DNA of 64,000 nucleotides from Candidatus Bathyarchaeota archaeon (lineage in GTDB: Archaea > Thermoproteota > Bathyarchaeia > 40CM-2-53-6), in assembly GCA_005888745.1 (NCBI GenBank), contig VBBS01000031.1:55614-119613 (forward strand). Reading direction: 5' to 3'. Below, in pieces: positions 1 to 9,275 of the stretch. The translations under genes and the position numbers were made by a program. Every line of letters starts with the position of its first letter. Within the stretch, counting starts at the first letter, position 1. The notes below the pieces were generated by a model that worked only from the letters and a program-made list of their open reading frames with translations, made no database searches and was not told the DNA's origin.

Positions 1-1
1 G

Positions 2-331
2 GAGAAGAAGAAGGGCTTCGTTAAAGAGTTCATGGATTTTCTTCAGACATTCGGAATCATCGGCCTCGCAATCGCCTTCATCATTGGCGCCGCAGCATCC
101 GCGGTTGTGAACGCGCTCGTCAAAGATCTCATAAATCCGCTTGTGGGTATCTTCCTTCCAAGCGGGAATTTATCCTCGCTGAATGCTACCGTTACATCCC
201 CCGTCTCACAGAAACCAGCAGCCTTCCTCTACGGCGATTTCATCTCTCAAGTCCTATACTTCATCATCATCGCCATAGTCGTCTTCTTCTTATACAAACA
301 GCTCAAACGAGCAGGCTTCGCAAAGATCTAG
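2..331 (+). CDS. mscL: Large-conductance mechanosensitive channel MscL-like protein; 5-prime end partial, the frame is open back to the window start
   Basis: N-terminal KEFxxF..GNxIDLAIAFIIGAAF..VVNALVKDLINPLVG pattern typical of MscL, followed by one TM helix and a charged C-terminus. The reading frame continues upstream of the ATG at 32 to the window edge. Confidence 0.55.
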   Translation, partial: EKKKGFVKEFMDFLQTFGIIGLAIAFIIGAAASAVVNALVKDLINPLVGIFLPSGNLSSLNATVTSPVSQKPAAFLYGDFISQVLYFIIIAIVVFFLYKQLKRAGFAKI

Positions 332-346
332 CCTCTAGCTCAACCC

Positions 347-958
347 CTACCGTGGAGGATAGTAGAACTGTATCCCGGCAAGAATGTACTGCACAGCTAT
401 CGCCGCTATGAAAAGCGACATTATTCGGGCGATGACGGCAACACCAGTCCTGCCCAGTATACGGTAGATGCGATCGGTTTGCCTTAGGACGACCCAGCTC
501 ACAAACATGACGATTACGATGGCTAGGAGGGCAATAGTGATCCCGGACGATTGAATCGAGATCATGGTCAATGTTATCGCTCCAGGACCTACCAGTAGCG
601 GGAATGCTATTGGGAAGACGGCTGCTTCCTCGGCGGAAACAAGAGCAAGTTTATCGAAACGCTCTCCGCGGAAAATGATCTCGATCGACAGCAAAAGAAG
701 AACTAGGCCCCCCGCGATCTGAAAGCTCTGTAGAGAAATTCCGAATAATAGCAAGACTTCTCGGCCCACAAGGGCAAAAACGGCTAGCAGTACAGACCCG
801 ACAATCGCGGCCGTTCTGAAAGTCTTCCGCTTCTGATCGAGGCTCATCTCCTTTGTGAGACCGGCAACAATAGGAACCGGACTTAGTGGGTCGACGATTA
901 CAAACAAGGCCACAGTTGCCTTCAGCAGGTCGAAAAGAAACGCGTCTATGGATGTCAT
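347..958 (-). CDS. MarC family (UPF0056) integral membrane protein
   Basis: 203 aa multi-TM protein with the N-terminal VDPLSPVPI motif characteristic of the MarC family. Confidence 0.7.
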   Translation of the reverse strand: MTSIDAFLFDLLKATVALFVIVDPLSPVPIVAGLTKEMSLDQKRKTFRTAAIVGSVLLAVFALVGREVLLLFGISLQSFQIAGGLVLLLLSIEIIFRGERFDKLALVSAEEAAVFPIAFPLLVGPGAITLTMISIQSSGITIALLAIVIVMFVSWVVLRQTDRIYRILGRTGVAVIARIMSLFIAAIAVQYILAGIQFYYPPR

Positions 959-996
959 TGTGTCGTCGTCTATTCACGCTGGTTCGTAGTTTCTTG

Positions 997-1093
997 TGGT
1001 GGGCCGGGAGGGATTTGAACCCACGACCTTCGCCGTGTGAGGGCGACGTCCGTTCTGTGCGACAGTATGCGTACCAGGCTGGACTACCGGCCC
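997..1093 (-). tRNA. tRNA-Val(CAC) with a putative ~20-nt non-canonical intron in the D-arm; CCA encoded
   Basis: Minus-strand sequence folds as acceptor GGGCCGG/CCGGCCC and D-stem GTCC...GGAC separated by a normal D-loop AGCCTGGTA plus an extra CGCATACTGTCGCACAGAAC. Anticodon stem TCGCC/GGCGA with loop CTCACAC (anticodon CAC), 5-nt variable loop, T-arm GTGGG-TTCAAAT-CCCTC, discriminator A, CCA. Length 97 nt versus 77 expected. Confidence 0.55.
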
Positions 1094-1158
1094 TATGAGG
1101 TGGCTTTGGAAGGCGACTATATTTCATCTTTCGAAAGGAAAAATCGTAATCGTTGTTT

Positions 1159-1569
1159 CTATCGGAGAAGCCTAACATTCGTACCTTGAGGATTCTCTTC
1201 TATGAGACGGAACAAGGGAATGCACCTTCCCCCTGCCTTCTCTATCTTCACAAGTGCTCTTGGAGAGAACTTGAACGCCGCAATTGTGAGCTTTTCTTTC
1301 GGGATTCCTGACCCGAGAACCTTTCCCGGTACAACGATCACATCTCCTGACTTGGCGAGTCTCGATACCTGCCCAAGGTTGAGAACAATTCTGGTTCTTC
1401 GCGATTTGCCCAGGAAACTTGCGACTGTCAGCCAGAGCGGGGCTTGGTGTTGTCTGCCAGCGCGTTTGAGATAATTTATCGTATTGAGCATTTCCGGGTT
1501 TGTAGGTCGGTGGTCTCGCACTGAAGAGTCCTCTTGGCAGGGAAGCGTCTCATCCTGAATCGGTACCAA
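1159..1569 (-). CDS. rpl18e: 50S ribosomal protein L18e (eL18); true start probably internal, around Met27 at 1491
   Basis: TNPEMLNTINYLKRA...RTRIVLNLGQVSRLAKSGDVIVVPGKVLGSG...LTIAAFKFSPRALVKIEKAGG matches the archaeal L18e signature. Confidence 0.75.
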   Translation of the reverse strand: MVPIQDETLPCQEDSSVRDHRPTNPEMLNTINYLKRAGRQHQAPLWLTVASFLGKSRRTRIVLNLGQVSRLAKSGDVIVVPGKVLGSGIPKEKLTIAAFKFSPRALVKIEKAGGRCIPLFRLIEENPQGTNVRLLR

Positions 1570-1623
1570 TAAAGCCTTTGGAGATCACAGGCGCATTTTG
1601 AAAACAATCAGTGTCGATATCGC

Positions 1624-3015
1624 CTAGCTTATCGTCTGGACCTTGAGAATCTCCGTCTTGCCAGACGGGCCCTTGGGGTCGCCGGCAATTATGACGATCC
1701 TGTCACCCTTCTTGGCAAGTCTCGTTCTTACAACCGTCTTCTCGGCTTCGCGGAAAATTTCTTCGCTCGTGCTGAACTCTTTCGTCAGGAGAGCTTGAAC
1801 TCTCCAAGAGAGTAATAGTTGCCGCTGGACCTCTGGATGGGATGTCAGGGCGATGATCGGGAGCGGGGGTCTGTATTTCGAGACAAGACGCGCTGTCCGA
1901 CCTGTACGGGTTGGGGCGACGATTGCCGAGGCGGAGACTTGGAGGGCTGTCTCGCAAGCTCCGAGTGCGAGGGCGTCTGCTTGGCCATGTTCGTACCATG
2001 TTCTACGTTGGGCTGAGATCTCCTTCGGGAGGAATCGCTCGGTCTCCTCCGCGACTCTTCCCAGGATCCGAACCGCTTCGACGGGGTACTTTCCGATCGC
2101 TGTCTCCTCTGAGAGCATTACCGCGTCCGTGCCATCAATGATCGCGTTTGCGACATCTGTCACCTCCGCTCGGGTCGGTGTTGGTGAGGAGACCATTGAC
2201 TCTAACATCTGAGTCGCGGTTATGACAGGTTTTCCGAGCCGGTTGCTCTCGTGAATGATTCTCTTCTGTATTATCGGGACAAGCTCGAGTTTGAGTTCGA
2301 CTCCCAGGTCGCCCCTCGCAACCATGATCCCGTCTGCTTCCTGGACGATCTCCTCGAGATCGTCGACTGCCTCTCTTTTCTCTATTTTCGCGACAATGAA
2401 TATCTGCTGGCCGTCGACCTCAGCGACCTTTCTTGCTGCTCTTATGTCGTCGACTTTCTGGACGAAGGACACGGCAATGATGTCGACTTTGTTCTCTAAT
2501 CCGAACTTGATATGTTCTCTATCTTCGCCCGTTATGGCAGGAACCCGGATTCGAAGTCGGGGAAGATTGACTCCTTTTCCTGAGGTCAGATCGCCTCCGT
2601 TGATTACGCGTCCTTCAACTTCATCTTTCTTGGTTCGTAGGACTTCGATTCTGATTGTCCCGTCAGCGAGGAATATCGTATCGCCTTTTTTGACGGCCTT
2701 GGGGAGGTCAGGATAGGCGATTGGGATCTTGGATTTGGCGTTGGTCGGTTTAGTTGTCAGGCTGATCTTATCGAACTTCTGAAGGTGAAGGGGCTCAGCA
2801 GCGAGTTTGCCTACTCGTAGCTTTGGTCCGGGCAGGTCTTGGAGTATGGCTACGGGTCGGTGGAGACGTTCGCTTACTTGTCGAATCGTCTTGATGGTGC
2901 GAACGTGTTGATCATAGGTTCCATGCGAGAAGTTGATCCGGGCAATATCCATCCCGGAGTGGATGAGCTGGGTCAGTATTCGAGGGGAGTCTGACGCTGG
3001 TCCGATCGTACACAC
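1624..3015 (-). CDS. pyk: Pyruvate kinase
   Basis: 463 aa; N-terminal IGPASDSP...MDIARINFSHG, the central barrel and a C-terminal regulatory domain are colinear with pyruvate kinase. Confidence 0.9.
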   Translation of the reverse strand: MCTIGPASDSPRILTQLIHSGMDIARINFSHGTYDQHVRTIKTIRQVSERLHRPVAILQDLPGPKLRVGKLAAEPLHLQKFDKISLTTKPTNAKSKIPIAYPDLPKAVKKGDTIFLADGTIRIEVLRTKKDEVEGRVINGGDLTSGKGVNLPRLRIRVPAITGEDREHIKFGLENKVDIIAVSFVQKVDDIRAARKVAEVDGQQIFIVAKIEKREAVDDLEEIVQEADGIMVARGDLGVELKLELVPIIQKRIIHESNRLGKPVITATQMLESMVSSPTPTRAEVTDVANAIIDGTDAVMLSEETAIGKYPVEAVRILGRVAEETERFLPKEISAQRRTWYEHGQADALALGACETALQVSASAIVAPTRTGRTARLVSKYRPPLPIIALTSHPEVQRQLLLSWRVQALLTKEFSTSEEIFREAEKTVVRTRLAKKGDRIVIIAGDPKGPSGKTEILKVQTIS

Positions 3016-3133
3016 GATCTTAGTTGCAATGGTGTTAGCCTTCGCTGTCAGTTGTTCGCGACCTTATGCTCATCGGGAATCAATTCGTTCATAACATATT
3101 CTCTCGCCAGTTTCCGAGAGAACTCCTTGCTCC

Positions 3134-4207
3134 TTGGAAAGATTTAACGGAGCCAATAGTCCTTTGTCAATATCAATGGAGCCGAGGATTCAGGGACTGC
3201 ATCACATCACTGCGATCACGTCTGACGCTTCGTCAGCTGTCAACTTCTACACAAGAGTTCTCGGGTTGAGGCTGGTCAAGAAGACTGTCAACTTCGACGA
3301 CCCCTCGGCTTACCATCTCTATTTTGGGGACGAGAAAGGAAACCCGGGCACCCTAATCACCTTTTTTGACTGGGGAAAGAGTATCGGCTTTGGACAAGTA
3401 GGCGCCGGCGTAACTCACCACTTTGCATTCACAACCCAGGATCACGGGTCTCTTGCCACTTGGAAAGACTGGCTGGAACAAAACAGGGTCAGCGTACTCG
3501 GACCCTTCGATCGAGGTTCTTTCAAATCTCTCTATTTTCGTGACCCTGATGGTTTGGTTCTCGAGATCGCGACTCCAGGAAACGGCGTAGATTACTCGGA
3601 CGCGCCCCATTCGGAGTTGATTCTCCCGTTTGATAGCGATACACCGAGTGTCAAACCACATGTTCCGCAGATTCGGGAGATTAGCATTGAGATGAAGCTC
3701 CAGGGACTACATCACGTAACAGCTCTCGCTCATGGATCCTCGCAGACACGCGAATTCTTTGCGAGAATCTTGAACATGGAGCTGGTGAAGGCTAACCAGA
3801 GAGGGTCGTCAGGGACCGCTCAGCAGGTCTTCGGGCTTGAAGGCGGTCGCCCAGGCTCTATGTTATCCTTCGTGGAGTCACCATCGGTTCCTCATGGGAC
3901 AGTGGGCATTGGAACAGTCCATCATATCGCCTTCGCGGTTGAAGATGAAGACGTGCAGTTGCAGTGGCGGGAGCGTTTGCTAGCCCGTGGTATCCATGTG
4001 ACACCTGTGTTGGATAGAAAATATTTCAAGTCGATCTATTTCCGCGAACCGAATGGGATCCTACTCGAACTCGCCACTATCCCTCCGGGGTTCGGAGTTG
4101 ATGAGCCCATGGAAGCGCTCGGTCAGTCTCTTACACTTCCTAACTGGCTAGAATCACGAAGGCGTTCGATTGAGGCCTCTTTGGAGCCTATAGCGTTGCC
4201 GGCCTAG
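3134..4207 (+). CDS. Tandem two-domain VOC (glyoxalase/extradiol-dioxygenase) family protein
   Basis: Two repeats of the IQGLHHIT/LQGLHHVTA...YFRDPDG/YFREPNG glyoxalase-like module. The start may be the internal Met at about 3176. Confidence 0.7.
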   Translation: MERFNGANSPLSISMEPRIQGLHHITAITSDASSAVNFYTRVLGLRLVKKTVNFDDPSAYHLYFGDEKGNPGTLITFFDWGKSIGFGQVGAGVTHHFAFTTQDHGSLATWKDWLEQNRVSVLGPFDRGSFKSLYFRDPDGLVLEIATPGNGVDYSDAPHSELILPFDSDTPSVKPHVPQIREISIEMKLQGLHHVTALAHGSSQTREFFARILNMELVKANQRGSSGTAQQVFGLEGGRPGSMLSFVESPSVPHGTVGIGTVHHIAFAVEDEDVQLQWRERLLARGIHVTPVLDRKYFKSIYFREPNGILLELATIPPGFGVDEPMEALGQSLTLPNWLESRRRSIEASLEPIALPA

Positions 4208-4354
4208 GAGCAATCCCCTCCACCTCGGTCTACACAAAGATTGAGGCGAGACGTTTCGCCAGATCACCTAGTAGCACTTCTGTAGTCAACATGTGAGATT
4301 GGAAAAACGCTTTTTGTTTGCGGGAGGTCGGTCGCCCGTGGTTGTTGGAGTTGG

Positions 4355-4729
4355 TTATTGGGCCGCTACCAGAACTTCGACTGGTTCGGGCTCTTCTGTG
4401 ATAGCTCGGGATTGCTTCGCGAAAGTGTAGACGAGGGCGCAGCCTTGTTCATCGATCCGGAGCTCGACGGCCCCCGTCGGCGCGCCCATTATGTCAATTA
4501 GCTCTGCGACATCCTTTGGAACTCGAAGGTACGCTGATTGTTTGATGAATAACGGTTTCACGCTCTGGGTCAAGTCACATCTTCCAAGGAAGTAATTGCC
4601 GGAACGTCGAGTTCGGGATTTCGGAACTCTATGTCTTGTCCACATGGTGCCTGGAGAGTAAAGAGTGTGTGTTCGTGTCTGTGCTGGAGCCGTGAGAACG
4701 AGCGTGGTTTGGCTGGAAGCTACTATCAC
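4355..4729 (-). CDS. Hypothetical protein, possibly an AbrB/SpoVT-like swapped-hairpin DNA-binding domain
   Basis: 124 aa basic protein. The C-terminal LRVPKDVAELIDI...VELRIDEQG..LV resembles AbrB/MazE folds only weakly. Confidence 0.3.
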   Translation of the reverse strand: MIVASSQTTLVLTAPAQTRTHTLYSPGTMWTRHRVPKSRTRRSGNYFLGRCDLTQSVKPLFIKQSAYLRVPKDVAELIDIMGAPTGAVELRIDEQGCALVYTFAKQSRAITEEPEPVEVLVAAQ

Positions 4730-4820
4730 CTCTGTAGATTAGTAACGTGTAGCTTTAGTTGAGTGGTACATTCTCGTCGCGTCATCTGACGATTCCGAGA
4801 TGTGTCGGTCGGACTGGTGA

Positions 4821-5651
4821 CTAGGCTTAGCAACGATACTAGCCGTTCAATCCTTCAAGGGCGGAACTGGTAAAAGCACGGTCAGCGCCAACCTTGCAGT
4901 TACACTCGCCAAACTGGGCAAGAGGGTTGCTGTGATCGACCTTGACCTGGAAGGCCCCGGGCTGCATGTGATCTTCGGAATATCTGACGCTGAGATCAAG
5001 GTGACGATAAACGATGTTCTCCAATCTGCAATTCCCATTAGGGATGCTGTTCTTGATCTAACTCATAGGCTTGAAATCGAATCGGGATGCCTCCTCTTCT
5101 GTCCAGCAGGCCACAGGCTTGAAGAGATTCTCAAAATGGTCGACACCGGCTTCAATCTCAGCCGCTTCAAAGCAGTTCTCTACAACCTAGCCACGGAATA
5201 CCGGCTTGACTATCTCCTAATAGACAGCCATCCTGGAATAGAAAAAGACACAATCCTATCCATGGCGGTCTGCGACGTCGTAGTTCTATTGTCCCGGGTT
5301 GATCACCAGGACATGTTCGGAAGCGGCGTCATGAACGAAGTAGCGAGCCAGTTGAGGAAGCCAGTGGTTTTGATACTCAACATGATACCTAGTAGCGTAG
5401 GAGAGAAGGAATCCAAGAAGATTGGAGAGAAAATCGCAAGCCTCTTCAATCTCCAAGTCCTCACTGCTCTACCCTTCAACTCGGACGTCTTCGAAAACCT
5501 CAGCAGAGGAGTATTCGTTCTTGAACATCAGAAGGATCCGCTCACCCGAAGATTCGCAGAACTCGCCGAGAACATGATAGGCATCATTGATCGGGCGCTG
5601 GCAGGCGGAGAGAGTTATGATAATGGATCTACTCCTCAGACAGTTGGATAA
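4821..5651 (+). CDS. MinD/ParA-like P-loop ATPase, paralogue of 28649..29434; start codon unresolved
   Basis: The open frame from 4821 encodes ILAVQSFKGGTGKSTVSANLAVTLAKLGKRVAVIDLDLEGPGLHV, colinear with the intact paralogue. The Walker A lies upstream of the first ATG/GTG/TTG (the GTG at 4932). The in-frame ATG at 4800 is followed by TGA at 4818. Confidence 0.65.
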   Translation, partial: LGLATILAVQSFKGGTGKSTVSANLAVTLAKLGKRVAVIDLDLEGPGLHVIFGISDAEIKVTINDVLQSAIPIRDAVLDLTHRLEIESGCLLFCPAGHRLEEILKMVDTGFNLSRFKAVLYNLATEYRLDYLLIDSHPGIEKDTILSMAVCDVVVLLSRVDHQDMFGSGVMNEVASQLRKPVVLILNMIPSSVGEKESKKIGEKIASLFNLQVLTALPFNSDVFENLSRGVFVLEHQKDPLTRRFAELAENMIGIIDRALAGGESYDNGSTPQTVG

Positions 5652-5852
5652 ATCTTAGGAGATCTCGCGCTTCTATTCAGAACGATCAATTGGTTTCAAC
5701 CAGCTCGCAAATTGAGAAGGTGTTGTTGGTTGTTGAGGAGTTGGACTACGTTTTGGGCGCGTTTTCTTGGCATTCTTACAATTGTTGCTCTAATTTCACT
5801 AGGTCGAGCTAAAGTTCAATCCAGCCATAGTCAATTATCGGGTTTTCCAAAG

Positions 5853-5862
5853 TTTCTATAAA
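5853..5862 (+). promoter_or_regulatory. TATA-box-like element (TTTCTATAAA) about 30-40 nt upstream of the TTG start at 5893
   Basis: An AT-rich TATA-like octamer placed as expected for an archaeal promoter of a leaderless transcript. Confidence 0.3.
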
Positions 5863-5892
5863 CCCCCAGTTCTCCCGTATCCCGGTTTCACC

Positions 5893-7098
5893 TTGAGTTA
5901 CCAGTTGGCAGACGAGTATTTCCAGCGGATTCACCAGATAATGTCACTGCTAGATGATGAGAATGTAGAGATTATTGGCGCGATGAAGAAGTTCGGGCCT
6001 CGAAACCTCCAGTCGATTGCCCGAAAATCTGGCGTCCCATATCCAACGGTCTACACTCGCGTTAACAAGCTGGGTACTCAGGGATTGCTCGACACTTGGA
6101 CCTATCCCAACCTTGCCAAGATCGGATTGGCCCGGTCGATGGTTCTACTAACTCCCTCGCCAGGTCGAGAGATAATAGCTAGCGAAGCCCTGAAGATTCC
6201 CGGCTACTGGCTCTGGATCGCAAGATGCACGGGCGAATGCAACGGATACTACTCGCAACATGCTGTTCCTGTTGAAAACAGACAAGACTTTGTTCAGTAT
6301 CTAGACCAGATAGTCTCATCGGGCCTCGCAACAAGTTACAGGATCTTCTGGCTTGGCGACTACCACTCTCACATTCCCAACTTTGAATACTACGATTTCA
6401 AAAAAAGAGCCTGGAGATTCGACTGGCCAGCATGGCTCAGCTTGTTTATGAAAGGCAAGAGTGTTCAGAATGGTCCCGAGGAAAAAGAGTCATCAAAGGA
6501 TGACTTTGACAAGAACGACCTGCTGATTCTCAAAGAGCTAATGAAGGATGCTCGAAAGAAACTCTCCGAACTCTCCCAGCTAATCGGAATGACGCTTCCC
6601 GCAGCCAAGTACCGGTTCGACAACCTGGCCAGGCGAGGATTCTTACAAGACTACGTTATCCAAGTTCTGCCGTACCCACCGGAGATATCGGACCTTTACG
6701 AGGTTCGATTAGACTTCGGGGAACACAAGGCGATGATCGCAAAGGAGAACTTCTTCAAACGCCTACCGTTCGTCTTGAACTATTCGAGGATAAAAGGGAC
6801 AAACTCGATAACCCTCAGAGTCTACCTTCCGAGAACGGAGGTCAACAATCTCTTGACGTTGCTATCGGCCCTCGTCAGGGGAGGCGCGATAGACCGGTTC
6901 TCATACATGTTTCTCGATCCTATGACGATCCAATCTCAGACCTTCCACTACAAGGCCTTCGACGACAAGTCGGGATGGCATTATGACAACCACGATTACC
7001 TAGCCGCTCTCCGCAAGCTTGCATCCTCCTTCGACAAGGCTGAACATTCAGCAGTTACCTTCCAGCCGTCGAAGGGCCTGCCTGTCAGCATGATGTAG
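5893..7098 (+). CDS. Putative transcriptional regulator with two TrmB-type winged-HTH domains (paralogue A)
   Basis: HTH 1 reads NVEIIGAMKKFGPRNLQSIARKSGVPYPTVYTRVNKLGTQGLL and HTH 2 reads DLLILKELMKDARKKLSELSQLIGMTLPAAKYRFDNLARRGFL. Both resemble the TrmB HTH of 60773..61654. A conserved CTGECNGYY motif is present. 401 aa with a TTG start. Confidence 0.6.
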   Translation: MSYQLADEYFQRIHQIMSLLDDENVEIIGAMKKFGPRNLQSIARKSGVPYPTVYTRVNKLGTQGLLDTWTYPNLAKIGLARSMVLLTPSPGREIIASEALKIPGYWLWIARCTGECNGYYSQHAVPVENRQDFVQYLDQIVSSGLATSYRIFWLGDYHSHIPNFEYYDFKKRAWRFDWPAWLSLFMKGKSVQNGPEEKESSKDDFDKNDLLILKELMKDARKKLSELSQLIGMTLPAAKYRFDNLARRGFLQDYVIQVLPYPPEISDLYEVRLDFGEHKAMIAKENFFKRLPFVLNYSRIKGTNSITLRVYLPRTEVNNLLTLLSALVRGGAIDRFSYMFLDPMTIQSQTFHYKAFDDKSGWHYDNHDYLAALRKLASSFDKAEHSAVTFQPSKGLPVSMM

Positions 7099-7154
7099 CC
7101 GTATTCTAATCCGGATCGGTTGGTTGTTGAGACTGGTTCAGCGCTAGCACTTAG

Positions 7155-8444
7155 CTATTGAAAGCTCGGGACCGGCGCAGTTTGGAAAATTACCCGCATA
7201 CCATCCTCCTTATCAAATGCAGATGACACCTTCCTAAGCTCTTCAAAGTATTCCAAGTTGTCGTAGCGCCATCCAGTGCTATCTTCATAGAACTTGTACG
7301 CGAAGGTCTGCGTTCTGATAGTCATGGGGTCAAGCAAGACGTAGGTGAATCCTGCAAGGACTCCTCTTCGCGTTAGCGCGGAGAACATCGTGAGTAGATT
7401 GTTCATCTGGGTCCGAGGAAGATAGATTCTGACGGCAACGGAATTGGCACCTTCCACCCGGGAAAGAGTCAAGACCATTGGAAGACTGCTCAATACCTTC
7501 TCGCCAAGGCCCAAGCCTTCCCGCGTCTGGAAATCCAGGACCATTTCATAGAGGTCGGAGATTTCAGGAGCGAAGGGCAGCATGTCGATAACGTATTCAC
7601 GTATGAACCCAGATTGCGCCAGATTGTCGAAACGATATTTGACTGCTGGGACTGTCATACCTAACAACTGCGCAAGTTCAGTCAGCTTTGTTCGGCCATC
7701 CTTGATCAACTCCTTGAGAATGATCAGGTCCTTCTTGTCGAATGGACTGGGCAGAGAGGTTTCCTTACGTTGAGCTTGAACTGGTTTTGCGGCTAAAGCG
7801 TCGAGCCATTTCGGCCAGTCGAATGTCCACGTCTTCTTTTTGGTATCGTAATAACTAAAATCCGGGAGTGGTGACCCCGCTTCTTCTAGCCAGAAAAGCC
7901 GGTATTCCGTTGCGATTCCCGACGCGACTATCCTTTCAAGGTATTGTTCAAAATCCCAGCGCTTCTCAAGGGGAATCGCGTGAGTCGAGTAGTAGCCGTT
8001 GCATTCTCCCATGCACCTGATGAGTCTCAACCAGTATCCAGGAACCCGGAGCGCTTCTGGAGCAAGCAGTTCCTTGCCTGGCTTTGTTGTGAGGAAGACC
8101 ATGGCTCTCACCAGACCTAGTTTCGCGTAGTCGGGATGGATCCAGGTTCGAAGCAATCCTTCTTTTTCGAGTTTGGAGACTCTCGTGTGGACTGTCGGTC
8201 GGGGAATGTTTGTCTTGTCAGCTATGAGTTGGAGGTTTCTTAGGCCATATTTTCTCATCGCCATGATGATCTTGACGTTTTGGTGGTCCAAAAAGGAGAC
8301 GAAGCGATTGATCTTCTCCAAGTACTCTTCTGGGGCGATATGGCTCAAATATGGTCCGAAGAAGACAGGGGGCACTCGGAACTTTTCAAGGTTTTGTCTA
8401 CATTGGGATAGTCTTTGGAGTTGGCAGACCTGGATCGCCTCCAT
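7155..8444 (-). CDS. Putative transcriptional regulator with two TrmB-type winged-HTH domains (paralogue B, convergent with A)
   Basis: Colinear with 5893..7098 along the whole length, including the CMGECNGYY motif and both HTH modules. Confidence 0.6.
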   Translation of the reverse strand: MEAIQVCQLQRLSQCRQNLEKFRVPPVFFGPYLSHIAPEEYLEKINRFVSFLDHQNVKIIMAMRKYGLRNLQLIADKTNIPRPTVHTRVSKLEKEGLLRTWIHPDYAKLGLVRAMVFLTTKPGKELLAPEALRVPGYWLRLIRCMGECNGYYSTHAIPLEKRWDFEQYLERIVASGIATEYRLFWLEEAGSPLPDFSYYDTKKKTWTFDWPKWLDALAAKPVQAQRKETSLPSPFDKKDLIILKELIKDGRTKLTELAQLLGMTVPAVKYRFDNLAQSGFIREYVIDMLPFAPEISDLYEMVLDFQTREGLGLGEKVLSSLPMVLTLSRVEGANSVAVRIYLPRTQMNNLLTMFSALTRRGVLAGFTYVLLDPMTIRTQTFAYKFYEDSTGWRYDNLEYFEELRKVSSAFDKEDGMRVIFQTAPVPSFQ

Positions 8445-8593
8445 CAGGCATCAAGAATCACCTCGCAGAGTATGGGATAAGCCTTTAACTTATGTTATTC
8501 TGAAGGGGATTTGGCGAGCGGAATCTTAACAATATGTCGAGTTAGGTTTATCTCCGCTCATGTACTCCTCCAGATGTGAGGTAACGGGCGAAG

Positions 8594-8887
8594 TTGGAAA
8601 CCAAGATGGAAGGAGACAGAGCGGCATCTCATGAGAAGGTCAAGCTGTTTCTTGGACGGTATCCGGAATACGCGAAGACCCTTCGACTAGCGGTGGCTCA
8701 TGAGGAGTCCGCGGGTTCCTCTGACGGCCAAGGATGGCAGTGGCATGATGTAGATACTCATCCAACCAAACTAATCCGGCTTGTTACCGAAGGAATAGCG
8801 AAGATAAGTCTCAGATCAAGGCAGGCCACCTACTATCTTCTCAGGGAGCGAACCATAGTCAAGAAGAGCCTGAACGAACTCTCTTGA
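8594..8887 (+). CDS. Hypothetical small protein
   Basis: A 97-aa ORF in an otherwise empty 830-nt intergenic region, with no recognisable motif. Confidence 0.25.
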   Translation: METKMEGDRAASHEKVKLFLGRYPEYAKTLRLAVAHEESAGSSDGQGWQWHDVDTHPTKLIRLVTEGIAKISLRSRQATYYLLRERTIVKKSLNELS

Positions 8888-9275
8888 CAAATGACCTTTT
8901 CCTTGAAAGAGGCAATTCTAGATTCAAAGAGCATAGCTCCGATCATCTCCCAGCGCCAAACATGCACTGACGGTAGTCTTCTTCCATGTTAACAAGAGAC
9001 AATGCCAGTGGTTGCACTATCCTAAACCTTCACTCTTTCCACGTCCAAAATCATTAGAAATGTCGCAGGCTGTACTTCTGTACTTCAGTTGCAAAGGCGT
9101 CTGCTGAGGGTGACTCTGATCTTGATACTAGTAGTTGGTATCATGCTTTTCCGGAACCTCTAACCAAGCTAGGGCCCGGGTCTGACTCTGAAGGTGCCCA
9201 AAGGTCCTATAGCTGCTCGGTTTCGAGCTCTGGCAGAGAGAGTTGAAACGTTCGCCTAAGCTCGCGGAGCACCTG

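Noticed and set aside
651-1178. ORFs 651..1178 (minus) and 886..1098 (plus) covering the tRNA-Val region
   Set aside because: They overlap the tRNA gene and the MarC gene. The translations are low-complexity and Arg/Ser/Pro-rich, typical of out-of-frame or antisense reading of GC-rich DNA.
1703-2716. Multiple ORFs (1703..1999, 1819..2016, 1853..2212, 1911..2141, 2251..2499, 2255..2716) inside the pyruvate kinase gene
   Set aside because: All are alternative-frame or antisense shadows of a strongly supported pyk CDS.
8900-9275. Possible tRNA/ncRNA in the 830-nt gap between the double-HTH gene and aspS (GGGCCCGGG-containing segment around 9170)
   Set aside because: No acceptor/T-arm pairing or other cloverleaf could be drawn. 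It is left unannotated.
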